From Amoebophrya sp. A120 (Eukaryota > Protista > Dinoflagellata), in contig CAJINV010000032.1 in NCBI GenBank assembly GCA_905178155.1, positions 18,110 to 46,379 of the forward strand: 28,270 nt of DNA, written 5' to 3'. The notes under the pieces are model-generated. The model made no database searches. It saw only the letters and a list, made by a program, of their open reading frames with translations, and was not told the DNA's origin. Positions 11,801 to 23,800 of the stretch are shown here, piece by piece. The position numbers and the translations under genes are program-made. How positions within the stretch are numbered: position 1 is the first letter of the stretch; each line of letters starts with the position of its first letter.

Positions 11801-14800
11801 CACCATCAGAAGTTGTTTGGAAAGGCTTGTACTTGCTGATTCATTCGGAAAATAACGCATGACAAGCTTCAATCCAGTATGTACGACAAAAAAACTGGCC
11901 CATCGCATTCATGCATCACAGATCTTCTTGTCCTTCAATTCTCGCATCACAAGTTATCCAGACCCAGATGAGATATTTGCAATGCATATCTGGGTGCATT
12001 GGGTCCTCGTAGTCGTCAACCCGAGCGATGTATCCTGTGCAAAAGTGTCGTACTTGAATTGCAATCATGCATTACAAATTTTTTTTGAAGGGTAAATCAG
12101 CATTACAAATTTTATTTCTCATGCTGAGGTAATTTGTATATGCATTTCTACGAGTACGATAATTTTGCAGTTCATACATTGCCGCGTGGGCGTCCATCAG
12201 CGCATTTCTCACGTTATCACACAGAAAAATAAGCAGGCAGGTCATAAAAGTTGTCATGCAAAAATAATTCAGACAAAAAAATCTGTATTGCAACTCCTAA
12301 ACAGCATGCGGCGGCGCCGCCCATGAAAGATTTTTCTGTGCATTCATTTTGGCATGACAAATTATATGCCCTGCTAGCTTTTTTCTCTGGGATACACGCG
12401 GACCGTAATCGCGGGCGAACAGCGTCACGTAGACCTTCTCGATGCTGGAAATCACGGGGTTCTCGGTGTGGTTGTCACACGCATCCCGCATGAGCTTCGC
12501 ATCGTTCGCGCAAGCGTCGCAGAGGAGAAGCTCGCTCGCCGCCAGGAAGTGTATCCAAGAAAAAAAGTGTGAAGTGTAAGTCTTTTGGGAAAACTGCATC
12601 ACAAGTTTGTCTGCCATGACAGGAAAAATTTGCTATGCGCAGATAGGAAGGGAAAAGAACTAGGAAGGGAGCCGATCATGCACGTCGAGCATGACAAGTG
12701 TAACTGTCTTGCATTTTCTGCATCACAGATTTACACTTACACAGTTTTTTTCTTGCATAAAGTGGAAAGTCGGTTTATTGCCCACGGCACTCGGTGCCTC
12801 GTCTTCTGGAGTCCTTTCGACACCAGCACCCGACCAAAACTCTGCCACTTCGTTTCCTACAGTGTCGAGTAGCGATTTGGTACAGTCCTCTTTCTCGCAG
12901 AGGCAGCACCGGTATGCATTGCAAAGATGTCTGGGTCCTCTGGAAGAATGCTGGTTTACGAAGATGCTAAAGTAAAAATCTCGGAGTGACACCAAAATCT
13001 GCATTGCAGGGGAAACACAACAAGCTGCTCACGAAGAAAGGTTTCTAGATATGGTAAAACGACCCGAGGTCAAGCCCGTGATGCTGTGCCCTGCAAACCA
13101 GACCTTCGGAGTCGTCCATTCAGCGCAAGACAAATTATTATACCTGCATCGTTCCAGATCTCCCAGACACTCTTGCAATTGATAGCCGTCCGATGTGCCA
13201 CTCCCGTTCGCTATGCTTGACCCACATCTTGCGGAACTTTTTCGACGTGTGACGTTTTTTCGGCACGACGTCTGGATTGTTTTTTTATCAAATGCAAAAA
13301 TGTCTGGGTCTGGAAGGTTGCAACTTGTGATGCTGTCTTTGGAAGGTAAAAAAAAACTGTATTGCATGACCAGCAAGAGGAGTTCCGTTTGTGCTACGCG
13401 AAGTGGGCGTTTCTCATGCGGAATACGCATCAGAAGGCCCTTTAAAAATCTGTGATTCTAGGTCATGCATTGATACGATACAATGACCGGCTATGCAAAA
13501 TATGCATGACAAACCTGGCAGTCTTCCAGGTCCAGACATTTTTGCACTTGATACCTTGCCTCCGCCATTGTCCTATGCATTGCAAAAGTATCGCATTCGT
13601 ATGTATGCATTACAAATTTCCTCAGCATGAGAAATGAAATTTGTAATCCGGATTTGCCTTAAGAAAAGGATTTGTAATGCAAGACTTGCATTTATACGAG
13701 TACGATGCTTTTGCACAGGATATGTCCGAGTCGTGCTCGTTCACGTACTCCTCCTATGGATTGCAAATATGTCTGGGTCTGGAAGAACCAAACTTGTGAT
13801 GCTGAATTTGGATGCTAAAAAAATCTGTATTGCATGAGCAGCAAGAGGAGTCAAATTTGGCTACGCGGAGAGGGCATTTGTCATGGAGGATGCGCATCGA
13901 TAGACGCTCAAAAAATCTGTGATGCTATGGCATGCATCGGAGACATCATGGATCATGGAAAATGTGCATGACAAACTTCTACTTTCCAGACCCAGACATT
14001 TTTGCATTCGATACCTCCTCATGTTGTCCCTCTGGCGGATTGTTCTTCTTTTTCCCCTATCAAATGCAAAAATGTCTGGGTCTGGAAACTCGTGGTGCAA
14101 GGAAGGGAATACTGGTGAAAACACTGTAATGCGCTGCCAAGCAAGACAAGTTTTTTCCATGGTTCTGAGTTGCGTACTCCGCATGAGAAACTGCGTTCGA
14201 GCATGACAGGCAAGACGAGCTCTTCGCGGCCATGCAACACAGAGTTCAGAGTCATGCCAGACAAGCATGACAAATCTCGCAATTTTCAAAACCCAGACAT
14301 TTTTGCATTTGATATCGCCCGCGGCTTCGGCTTGGCTCTCGCCTTTGCCGCGGCTTTTGCAGCAACCGCAATCGGTGGAGGAGGTGCTGGCACAGGTGGG
14401 AGTAGAAGGCTGTTCTTCTTGTTCGCTTTTTTGTCCGCACGGTTCTCGTTGTGGTCCGAGTGCATTATTCTACAGAAAAGTAGAAGTACACCGATAGATT
14501 GACCAGAAAAAAATTGTTGAATCTGTCATGGCGCTGTTTATGTTTTCTCGTCACAATAAAACGAGGCTCTATGAAGAAGAAGATCATGCTGATCATCCGC
14601 ATGAAAGTCGATAATTCTCTTTCAGCACGCTACACAAAAAGCTAAATCAGCAAGACAAATTTCTTTTTTTTCTGGCACCAGCATGGGTGTACAACATTTG
14701 TGTTTGCATGGGATAATATTATCCGTCTTCATCTCGTCTCCCTCGACTGAGTGTTTTTTGTTTTTCCTCGCTTGTTTTTTGTTCTCCTTCTTTTCCTTTT

Positions 14801-17800
14801 TTGACTTTTTGTCCTTTTTTTCTTTCTTCTTTTTGCCGTTGTCTTCACTTTCGTCGGCGTGGTTGTTCTCCTGGAGGAAACTCATGTTTTTGTCAAGAAC
14901 AACATCTGCGGGTGGTGAATCTTTACGCACAGCATTCTGGTCGAGGTCAAAGTCCTGGTTGTTCAGTAGCTGTCCGCCACTCGGTTCGTCCTCCTGAAAA
15001 AACACCACTGGCGTGTCCGAGAAGGGTTTATCGAACGCGTTGGGGTTCTTCTTCCTCATCTTCTCTAAGTGCTTGTCCCGCCTAGAATGGATGTACGCGT
15101 TCCAATATCCACTGCAAAAGTAATATCGCACTCGTACCAATTGTGCTTTTATGCATTACAAATCTTTTTCTTAAGTGAAATTCGCAATACAAATTGAATT
15201 TGACGTAATGCTAAGGCATCAATTTGTTGTAATGCATTTATACGAGTAGGAGTACGATACTTTTGCAATCTTCATATCAAAGTATCCGGGTCGAGCTTGA
15301 GCTCCTGGCTGTCGTTGTCCTCTTCATTCTTTTCGATTTCGGATAATTCGTATCAAATGTAAAAATGTCTGGGTCTGGAAGATTCTGACACTTGTCATGC
15401 ACGTTTTGCATGAGCCACGATGTCTGTGATGCATACCCTAGCAATACAGATTTTCTGAGGGCTTCTTGATGCCTATTCCGCATGACAAATGCCTTCTCAG
15501 CGTAGCAAAAATTGCATTCCCTTTGCTACTCATGCAATACAGATTTTTTTGGAATCCAAATGCAGCATCACAAGTTGCATTCTTCCAGACCCAAACATTT
15601 TTGATTTGATAATTCGTCGTCACCGAAGTCGAGATCCAGCTCCAGGTAGTTGTCATCGACAGGTGGTTCTTTCGCTTTTTTCGCGTTGACAAACTTGGCC
15701 TGGTTTTATGAAATGCAAAAGCATCGTACTAGTAGTAATCGCAGTACAAATTTGCTCAGCATGACAAATGGAATTTCTCATGCTGATTGACCTTGAAAAA
15801 AAGATTTGTCATGCATAAATGCGATTACTACGAGTACGATACTTTATTTGCACAGGATAGGTTTTCCCCGGCCCGATTCGAAGATTTCGTCTCCCGACTG
15901 CGGCCACGGTCGGGCTCATCCAGCTCCGCCTTCCGAAGTCTCGCTTCCTCCTCCTGTATGCAGTGCAAAGAAAAGTATCGTACTCGTATAAATGCATTAC
16001 AAATTTCCTCAGCATGAGAAATAAAATTTGTAATGCTGATCTACGTGAAGAAAGAGATTTGTAATGCATGCTTGCAATACGAATACGATACTTTTGCACA
16101 GGATATCCTGTTCTTCCTTCTGTTTTTCGCAAAATTTCTCCACCAGCTGGCCGAGCTTTTTCCTCATTTTTTTCGGCGGGAGATCCTGCATTTCCACGGT
16201 CACCAGCTCGGGATCACGCTGCTCGTACTGCACGAATAGGTGTGGCTTGGACTCGGGCGCAGTGTCGAGATTCTTTTCCCAGGAGACAACCCAGTACTGA
16301 GCAGGTGCTACATCGCCGTCCTCGTTTATGGAAGTGCACAAGAACTCCCTCTTCCCCGCATTTGTGTAAGCATGAACAGCAAGACAAACACCAGCACACG
16401 TGGATGCTGGTGGGCATGACAAGTTCATGCTCTCAGTGTAGTAGTACTGTTCTTTGGGCTATTTCAAAATTTGTGATGCGTAATTAGTGACACAAGGGAA
16501 CAACTGGAGTTGCGATTCATTTGCATGAGAAATGAGAACGAGGGGGAGTAGTTGTGCACTGTCATATCGCCGTCTTCGACGGGTTCGACCTCGACCTTCG
16601 CGTTTGATTTTTTCGCCGTGGGCTTCAAGTCATTGTCGACGAAATATCGTAAGGAAAAATCCCCCCTCCCCATATCGAAAAGGAACGCCGCAGAGAATTT
16701 GTGATGCTGATTTGTGACCACAAATCGCGTTTGTCTTGCAAGAAAGCAACGACATGGGCTCCGCCGCATTATGCAGGCGGTTTGTAATGCTGTTACAACT
16801 CCTACAGCATAAACGTTCCTCATGCCAAGTGCCTAGGCCAAAACCTTTCTGCATGGGCATGATATGGGCCTGCAGTGCTATCCAGCAAGACAGCTCTGAT
16901 TTGTGTACACAAATCCAGCATCAGAAGTTTCGTTTTGATATGGGGAGGGGGCATTTTTCCTTTTGATACGAAACACCACCGTCGCTCATCTTCCCCAGGA
17001 AAAGGCGTCTGCGTCCCGGCCCCCGGCTGGAACGCGAAGTCAAAGTCTATCCTGTGTAAAAACCTTCCCAGCACGACCCCAGAGTTGTCATGCAAATGCG
17101 CAATGACAGGAATCGATTTGGTGTGCGCATTTCCATGAGAGGCATGATTTCCAGTCGTGTTTTGGCATTTGTAATGGGAAACTTGTCATGCAGAACTTCC
17201 AAAACTTGGGGATTTGTGTTGCAGACTTCCCATCATGACTATGGTGTGGGGACGTTTTTACATAGGGTAAAGTCCTCGACGTCAACGTCGTCCTCGTCAG
17301 ACGACGACGAAGAATATCAAATGTAAAAATGTCTGGGTCTGGAAACTTGTGATGCTGGGGGGCGTCTCATGATGAGGCCACAAGTGCTGGCTCAGCATGA
17401 CAAGTTTCTGAGCTTCTAGGTGTTGCCTATTCTGCATGACAAACTGCATCTCTGCATCACAGAAAAATGGAGCTCTTGGGTAACGTGCATGACAGATTTA
17501 AGAGTCATACCAGACAAGCATGACAAACATGCATTCTTCCAGACCCAGACATTTTTACATTTCATAAAGAACAAACGCTCCACGAATTGCGATATGCACT
17601 GCAAATATGTCTGGGTCACTGGATGAGTGGAAGATTTGTCATGCGCATTTTGCATGACTCCTGATCGATCTGTGATGTATGCGCTGGCAACATGACAGGT
17701 TTCATTGTGAGGCCTCCTAATGCAGCCTAAGCCTACACAACATGAAAAGTGCCCCCTCCACGTAAGTAGCAGCTAGTGGACTCCTCTTGCTGCTCATGCA

Positions 17801-20800
17801 ATACAGATTTTTTTTAGAATCGCAAGACAGCATCAAAAGTTGCATTCTTCCAGACCCAGATCGATATTTGCACTCGATATGCGATAGCGGCGGGAGACTT
17901 TGACCCAAGGATTTTCTTCCTGGTGCTTCCTATGAATTGCAAAAGTATCGTACTAGTACGAATTACATATACAAATTTCCTCAGCATGAGAAATGGAATA
18001 TGTAATGCTGATTTCCCTCAAGGAAAAGATTTGTAATGCATAACTGCAATTACAACTACGAGTGCGATACAACTTTTGCACTGGATACTTCCATAGCGCC
18101 TCGTCACCGTAAAGGTCCTTTACGGTCCATTCTTCGTCGTTTCTGGGTTTTATCTCGCCCGTGCTATCCCACGAAACAACTGTTTCACTGTGATGGTTTT
18201 GCAAGATCTGCATCACAAGTTTGCTACACATGACACAGAAAATTTGTCATGCGCGTTTTCCAAGGGAAAACACGCTGAAAGATCCGTTGTGTTGCAGGTG
18301 TAGCAAGACAAACGCATTGGTGTTTCGCTCTCTGCATCACAGATTCACAATGAAGCAGTTTTTTCTTGCGATACGTTCTCTCGTCGATGTAGTGTTGGAA
18401 CACAGGCGTTGCGGTATTCTGAGTAAAAACGTCCCCACCCTCGAGTTGTCATGCGAAATTTGCACGCCAAAAAAGTTAGTCATGCGGAGCTGCATGCTGA
18501 GAGCCATTTTCTAGTTGTGTTTTGGAATTTGTCATGCTAGAAGCAGCATGATGCGCTAGATCTGTGATGCTGCTGAATTACCTAAACAGGACTACTCTAC
18601 CGGGACAAACTTGTCATGCGAAACAGCCATAGCTGGTTGATTTGTCTAGCAGATGTCCCATCTTGACTCTGGTATGCGGACACTTTTACTCAGGATATGC
18701 GCTACTATCAACCGGGACCTGCTGCTGCTGCTGCGGCGCGTCTGGGTTGTTGTAGCAGTACAGGTTCATGTTAAAGTCTGCCGCAGAAACGGCTCCGAAC
18801 TCATAATATGGTATCAAATGCAAAAATGTCTGGGTCTGGAAGAATGCAAGTTTGTCATGCAGCTTTTCCATGACCATCCACGAGGTCTGGAATGCAGGAC
18901 CTAGCATGACAGATTCATCTGTGTGATCTCTTTCGTGCCAATTGTGCATGAGAAACTCCCTGCCGACTTGGTCAAAAGTCGACAGCTTTTGGTAATGATG
19001 CAACACAGATTTTTGCATGATTCAGATTTAGCATGACAAGCTGCATTCAATTCTTCCAGACCCAGATATTTTTGCAGTGGATATTTGGCTGCTGGATACC
19101 AAAGTTACCGTCCGCCTGCGAAAGCGCTCCGTAGGTATACTGGTCATTCTGCATCAAACTTGACCCAGCTGCGCTCTCCATACCAGGAAAAACCGCTGGC
19201 GTTTCCGAGTAGTTCGCAAAGATCTCAGTGTTGTCGCGATTGTAGAAGTCGCTCGCATATCCTGTGCAAAAGTATCGCACTCGTAACGCAATCATGCATT
19301 TACAAATCTTTTCCTGAAAGCAAGTCACCTTTACACATATTATTTCTCATGCTGAGGAAATTTGTAAAATGCATTTATACGATTACGAGTACGATACTTT
19401 TGCACAGGATATCGCAATCGTCAGGCCACCTTTCAGCAGGTGAAATTGTCCCCCAGAAGAACCAAATGCGGTTCCAGACTGGAAATCAAGCGCAGAGCTG
19501 GTGCCTGGTTCTGCCACGCCACCCTCTTGGCCTGGGAAGGGGAGAACGCTTTCTCCTCCTACAGGTTCCGGCTGTTGATTCGATGAAGTTGTACTGGGAA
19601 CATTAAAATGTTGATAGTTAAATGAGTATCAAATGTAAAAATGTCTGGGTCTGGAAGAATGGAAGGCTTGTCATGCTTGTCTGGCATGACCCATGATGCT
19701 TGTAATGCATGACCCAGCATCACAGATTTTTGGAAAGCTTCCTGATGCCATTTCCGCATGACAAATGCCCTCCTCGCGTAGCACACATGTGGCTCCTCTT
19801 GCTGGTCATGCAGTACACATTTTTTTAGAGTCCAAAGTTAGCATCACAAGTTCCAACTTTCCAGACTCAGACATTTTTACATTTGATAAGGAGTTGAAAA
19901 CGTTCCGTTCGCCATGTTGATCCTCGTCCTGGGGTATGGATTGCAAATATGTCTGGGTCTGGAAACTTGTGATGCTGGCTGGCGTATCATGAGGAGGCCA
20001 CAAGTACTGGCTTAGCATGACAAGTTTCTGAGCTTCTAGGTGTTCCCTATATTGCATGACAAACTGCGTCTCTGCATGACAGAAAAGTGGCGCTCTTGGG
20101 TAACGTGCATGACAGATTTGAGAGTCATGCCAGACAAGCATGACAAACATGCACTCTTCCAGACCCAGACATTTTTACATTTGATATGGGGCAACAGAAA
20201 TTCGCGCGCAGCAGTCGCCGACGTTGAACTACTGCTTGCAGCCGCAAATGCAGGAGCAGGAGCCGACGATGAGCTACTACTTGCAGCCGCAAAGGCCCTT
20301 TTCTGCCCGCCGGTACTAGAGGTCATGATCTCAGCAGCCGGTAGAAGTTTTTCTCGATCTGAGTGTAGTTGAGCCTCCTTGTTGTCTCGTGGTGCTTTGC
20401 TCATCTTCCCAGATGAAGCTCCAGCTTCAACAGCAGCAACCGCTGTCGTGGCTGTTGGACGACTAGAAGTCTATCACAAGAAAAAAGTGCTACAGTTACA
20501 CATCTGTTGTAAGTTCAGCAACACAAATTTTCTCTGTGTGGCAGAGAAAATTTGCAATGCAGAGATCCTATGGGAAAACACGTACGAAATGAAGTTTGGA
20601 TGCATTTATTGCATGACAAAGGGTGTCTGTCTTGCGGCTCCTGCAACACAATGTGTAACTGTAGCATTTTTTTCTTGCGATAAAGTCGCCGCGGTTTTTC
20701 GGGGTCGACCACGCCCGCGTTTTGCGGCTGGAGGAGCACTTATTTCTTCATCTTGCGGTCGTGCCTCAATGCGATCAGGATTGTTCTTTTCCGACAGCGG

Positions 20801-23800
20801 CACACCTGTCACAGGGTCGAGCTGTGGTGGAGCAGCAGCGTCCAACGGCTTCGAGGCCGGTCCTTGTTGCGAAGGTTTTATTTGTCCCTCCGCTGCAGCT
20901 GCCGAGCTGCTTTTCGCATCCTGGGACGTCGATGAGATGATTTTCATGTGGGACGATCTACTCACGACCTCCTTGTCCGCGTGGTCAACATCCGCTAACA
21001 CACTAACGCCGGTGCCAACGCCGTTGTCCGGGTTTTCTTCCGTGAGAGGCGGCTCAGCAGCTAAGGTAGTTGGATGTTCCTTTGCAGCTTCTTTCCCGGC
21101 GGCGAATGCTGGTCCTTGTCCATCAGAAGTTTGTTCTGGCCACTTGGCGTTCTTGCCGGAAACTTGCTGTCGTGCACTGCTCAGTTGTCCATGATCTCGA
21201 AGGTCGTCGTCTTCGGACTTGATGTCGAGCTGTTTGTGCATGTTCGCATCTTGTTCCGGGCGCTTGACATTGATGTCCTTGTTGCAACTCCCAGTGAAGA
21301 TTTCACTGATATTATTCTGAACGCCTTTCTTGGCCATCGTCTTGAGCTGGGGAGCAGCGGCATCCAACGGCTTCGCGGCCGGTCCTTGTATCAAATGCAA
21401 AAATGTCTGGGTCTGGAAGGATGCAACTTGTAATGCTAGCTTTGGACTCTACACAAAATCTGTCTTGCATGACCAGCAAGAGGAGTTCAGTTTGTGCTCC
21501 GCGGGGAGGGCATTTGTCATGCGGAATAGGCATCAGGAGGGTCGCTAAAAATCTGTGATGCTAGATCATGCATTACAGACATCCTGAGTCATGCAAAATA
21601 TGCATGACAAACTCCTGCATGCGTCCAGACCCAGATATTTTTGCATTTGATACCTTGTAGTTGCGCAGGTTTTATTTGTACCTCCACTGCAGCTGCCGAG
21701 CTGCTTTTCGCATCCTGGGAAGATTTTTGGATGATCTTCATGTCCGACGATCTACTCACGACCTTGTCCGCCTGGTCAACATCCGCTAACACATCAACGC
21801 GAGTGCCAACGCCGTTGTCCGTTTTTTCTTCCGTAAGAGGCGGCTCAGCAGCTAAGGTAGTTGGATGTTCATTTCCAGCTTCTTTCCCGGCGGCGGATGC
21901 TGGTGCTTGTGCGTCAGAAGTTTGCTGTTGCCACTTGGCGTTCTTGCCGGAAACCTGCTGTCGTGCTGCACTCAGTTGTCCCTGATCTCCAAGGTCGTCG
22001 CCTTCGGACTTGACGAGCTGTTTGTGCATGGTCGCATCTTCCTATGACAGTGCACAACTCCCCCTCCCCCTCATTTGTGTAGCATGAACAGCAATACTGT
22101 AAGCATCAGCAAGAGTGCCGGCTTTGCATGACAAATTCACACTCGAGTGTAGTGCTATTTCGGCTGCCAGAACTTGCCAAGCTAACAGTGCCAAGAGGCA
22201 AAGGGGGGACTGGGTATTTTGCATGACAAATCAGGGGGAGGGGGGGTTGTGCAGTGTCATACTTTCCCGGCGGCGGATGCTGGTCCTTGTGCGTCAGAAG
22301 TATGTTCTTGCCACTTGGCGTTGCCAGAAGCCTGCTGTCGTGCACTGCTCAGCTGTCCATGATCTCCAAGGTCCTCGTCTTCGGACTTGATGTCGAGCTG
22401 TTTATGCATGTTCGCATCTTGTTCCGGGCACTTCACGTTGATGTTGTCCTTTTTGCAATCATTCCCAGTGAAGCTTTTTTCCCCGGAAAAAGAACCACTC
22501 TGACCGCCTTTCTTGACCGTCGTCTTGGCTTTATTCGGTTTAGCCTTGTCGTGCTTGTTCTGCTGTAGCTTAGGAAGATCGGGCTGTTGTTTTTCTTGTG
22601 CATCGTCAACAGTAGTGTTTATTTCCTTGCAGTTCTTCAGAAGACTGCTAGAGCTACCTGGAACCACGTGCGACGCCCCGGCCGCGGGTTTGGCCTGCGG
22701 GTTTTTGTTTCTCTGGTGCTCACCGTCGGCAGATTTTTCCTTCTGCCCCTTGCTGAGTTTCGCGTTGCAGCTCATTGGCGAGATGTCGCTCACACTATCC
22801 TGCAGCAGGGTCATATGGGAGTGTCAGGATTGAAATCGTCAAAGTTGAAATAGTTTGTCATGCAGGAAATGGAGCGCAAAGACTGCCTCTATTGCAGAGG
22901 ACGCAAGGGAGGCACATTGTAGTGCTGGTAAGGGTCGACAGAGGGAAGCCCCATTGCCCTGAACAGCATGACAAACTGGCTTCCGGTACGGACAAAATTT
23001 GTCATGCGCCGACTAGAAACTGCGGGTCCAATTGGTATCCATTTTATGCATGACAAATCATTTCAACTTTGTCGATTTCAAACCTGACGCTTCCATAGGT
23101 CACTGGTTGAGCTTCAGCAGTCGCCACTTGTGGCCCAACAGTCCTGCCTCCTTTGCTGGATGCGCCCTTTGCTTTTTGCTTTTTCATCTTTGTAGTTGTG
23201 GGCTGCTCTTGTCCAGCAATTTTTCCAGCATCACGTTTGTTGTTGCTCCCCCCGACAATATGAGCTGGTTTTATCGTGGGAAAAAAATGTCTCAGTGCCA
23301 ACTTGTAATGCGCAAGAACCTCCTTGACAAGACAATTGCTTGCCATGCTCAACGTGCAAAAAAGCCGGCTTTCGCTGCTTGTGTTTTCCCTTTTATGTGG
23401 TCTGACGCATCACAGATTTTCAACATCTGTGTCATTCTGAGCAAATAATTTGTATTGCTGAGTCTGCAATCAAGGATCCAAAACTTTGGGACTGAGACAG
23501 ATTTTTCTTGCGATAAGTGCGGCCACGCAACTACTGCTGCTGTTTCTTTTCGCAGGAGGGAGACCAAGCTCACTGTCATCCCGACCACGCTTCGTGGCGC
23601 GCCCATCGGGTACGGGTACTTCGTGTCTGGACGTCGTGTCTTTGGAGCTCGCTGCTACTCCTATCAGGGGCGCAGCTTCATCTGATAACTCTCGATCACC
23701 GACAGGCCATTTCGATTGTTCTTTCTTGCCGGCGCCGTCGTGTGCCTTTTGCGGCGCACCTCCACGCACATTTGCTTTCGTTGCAGCAGGAGTTGCCGGC

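Larger units (their letters stand above)
20815..22520 (-). repeat. Coding tandem duplication (2 full + 1 partial copies of the DANMHKQLDIKSEDDDLGDHGQLSSARQQ...AAGK module)
   Basis: Homologous DNA and protein segments in 20683-21388, 21653-22042 and 22262-22520. Confidence 0.85.

Noticed and set aside
14455-14485. Canonical acceptor (TTTTCTGTAG) and ATG at 14465 as the start of a separate gene
   Set aside because: The AG lies inside the end of degenerate element 14466-14715 and the standard rule joins the upstream exon in frame, so one gene is simpler; not fully excluded.
16106-18164. Chromodomain-like words (EEWTVKDL...WVKV; YWVVSWEKNL)
   Set aside because: The pieces are far apart and the aromatic cage pattern is incomplete; too weak without a profile search.
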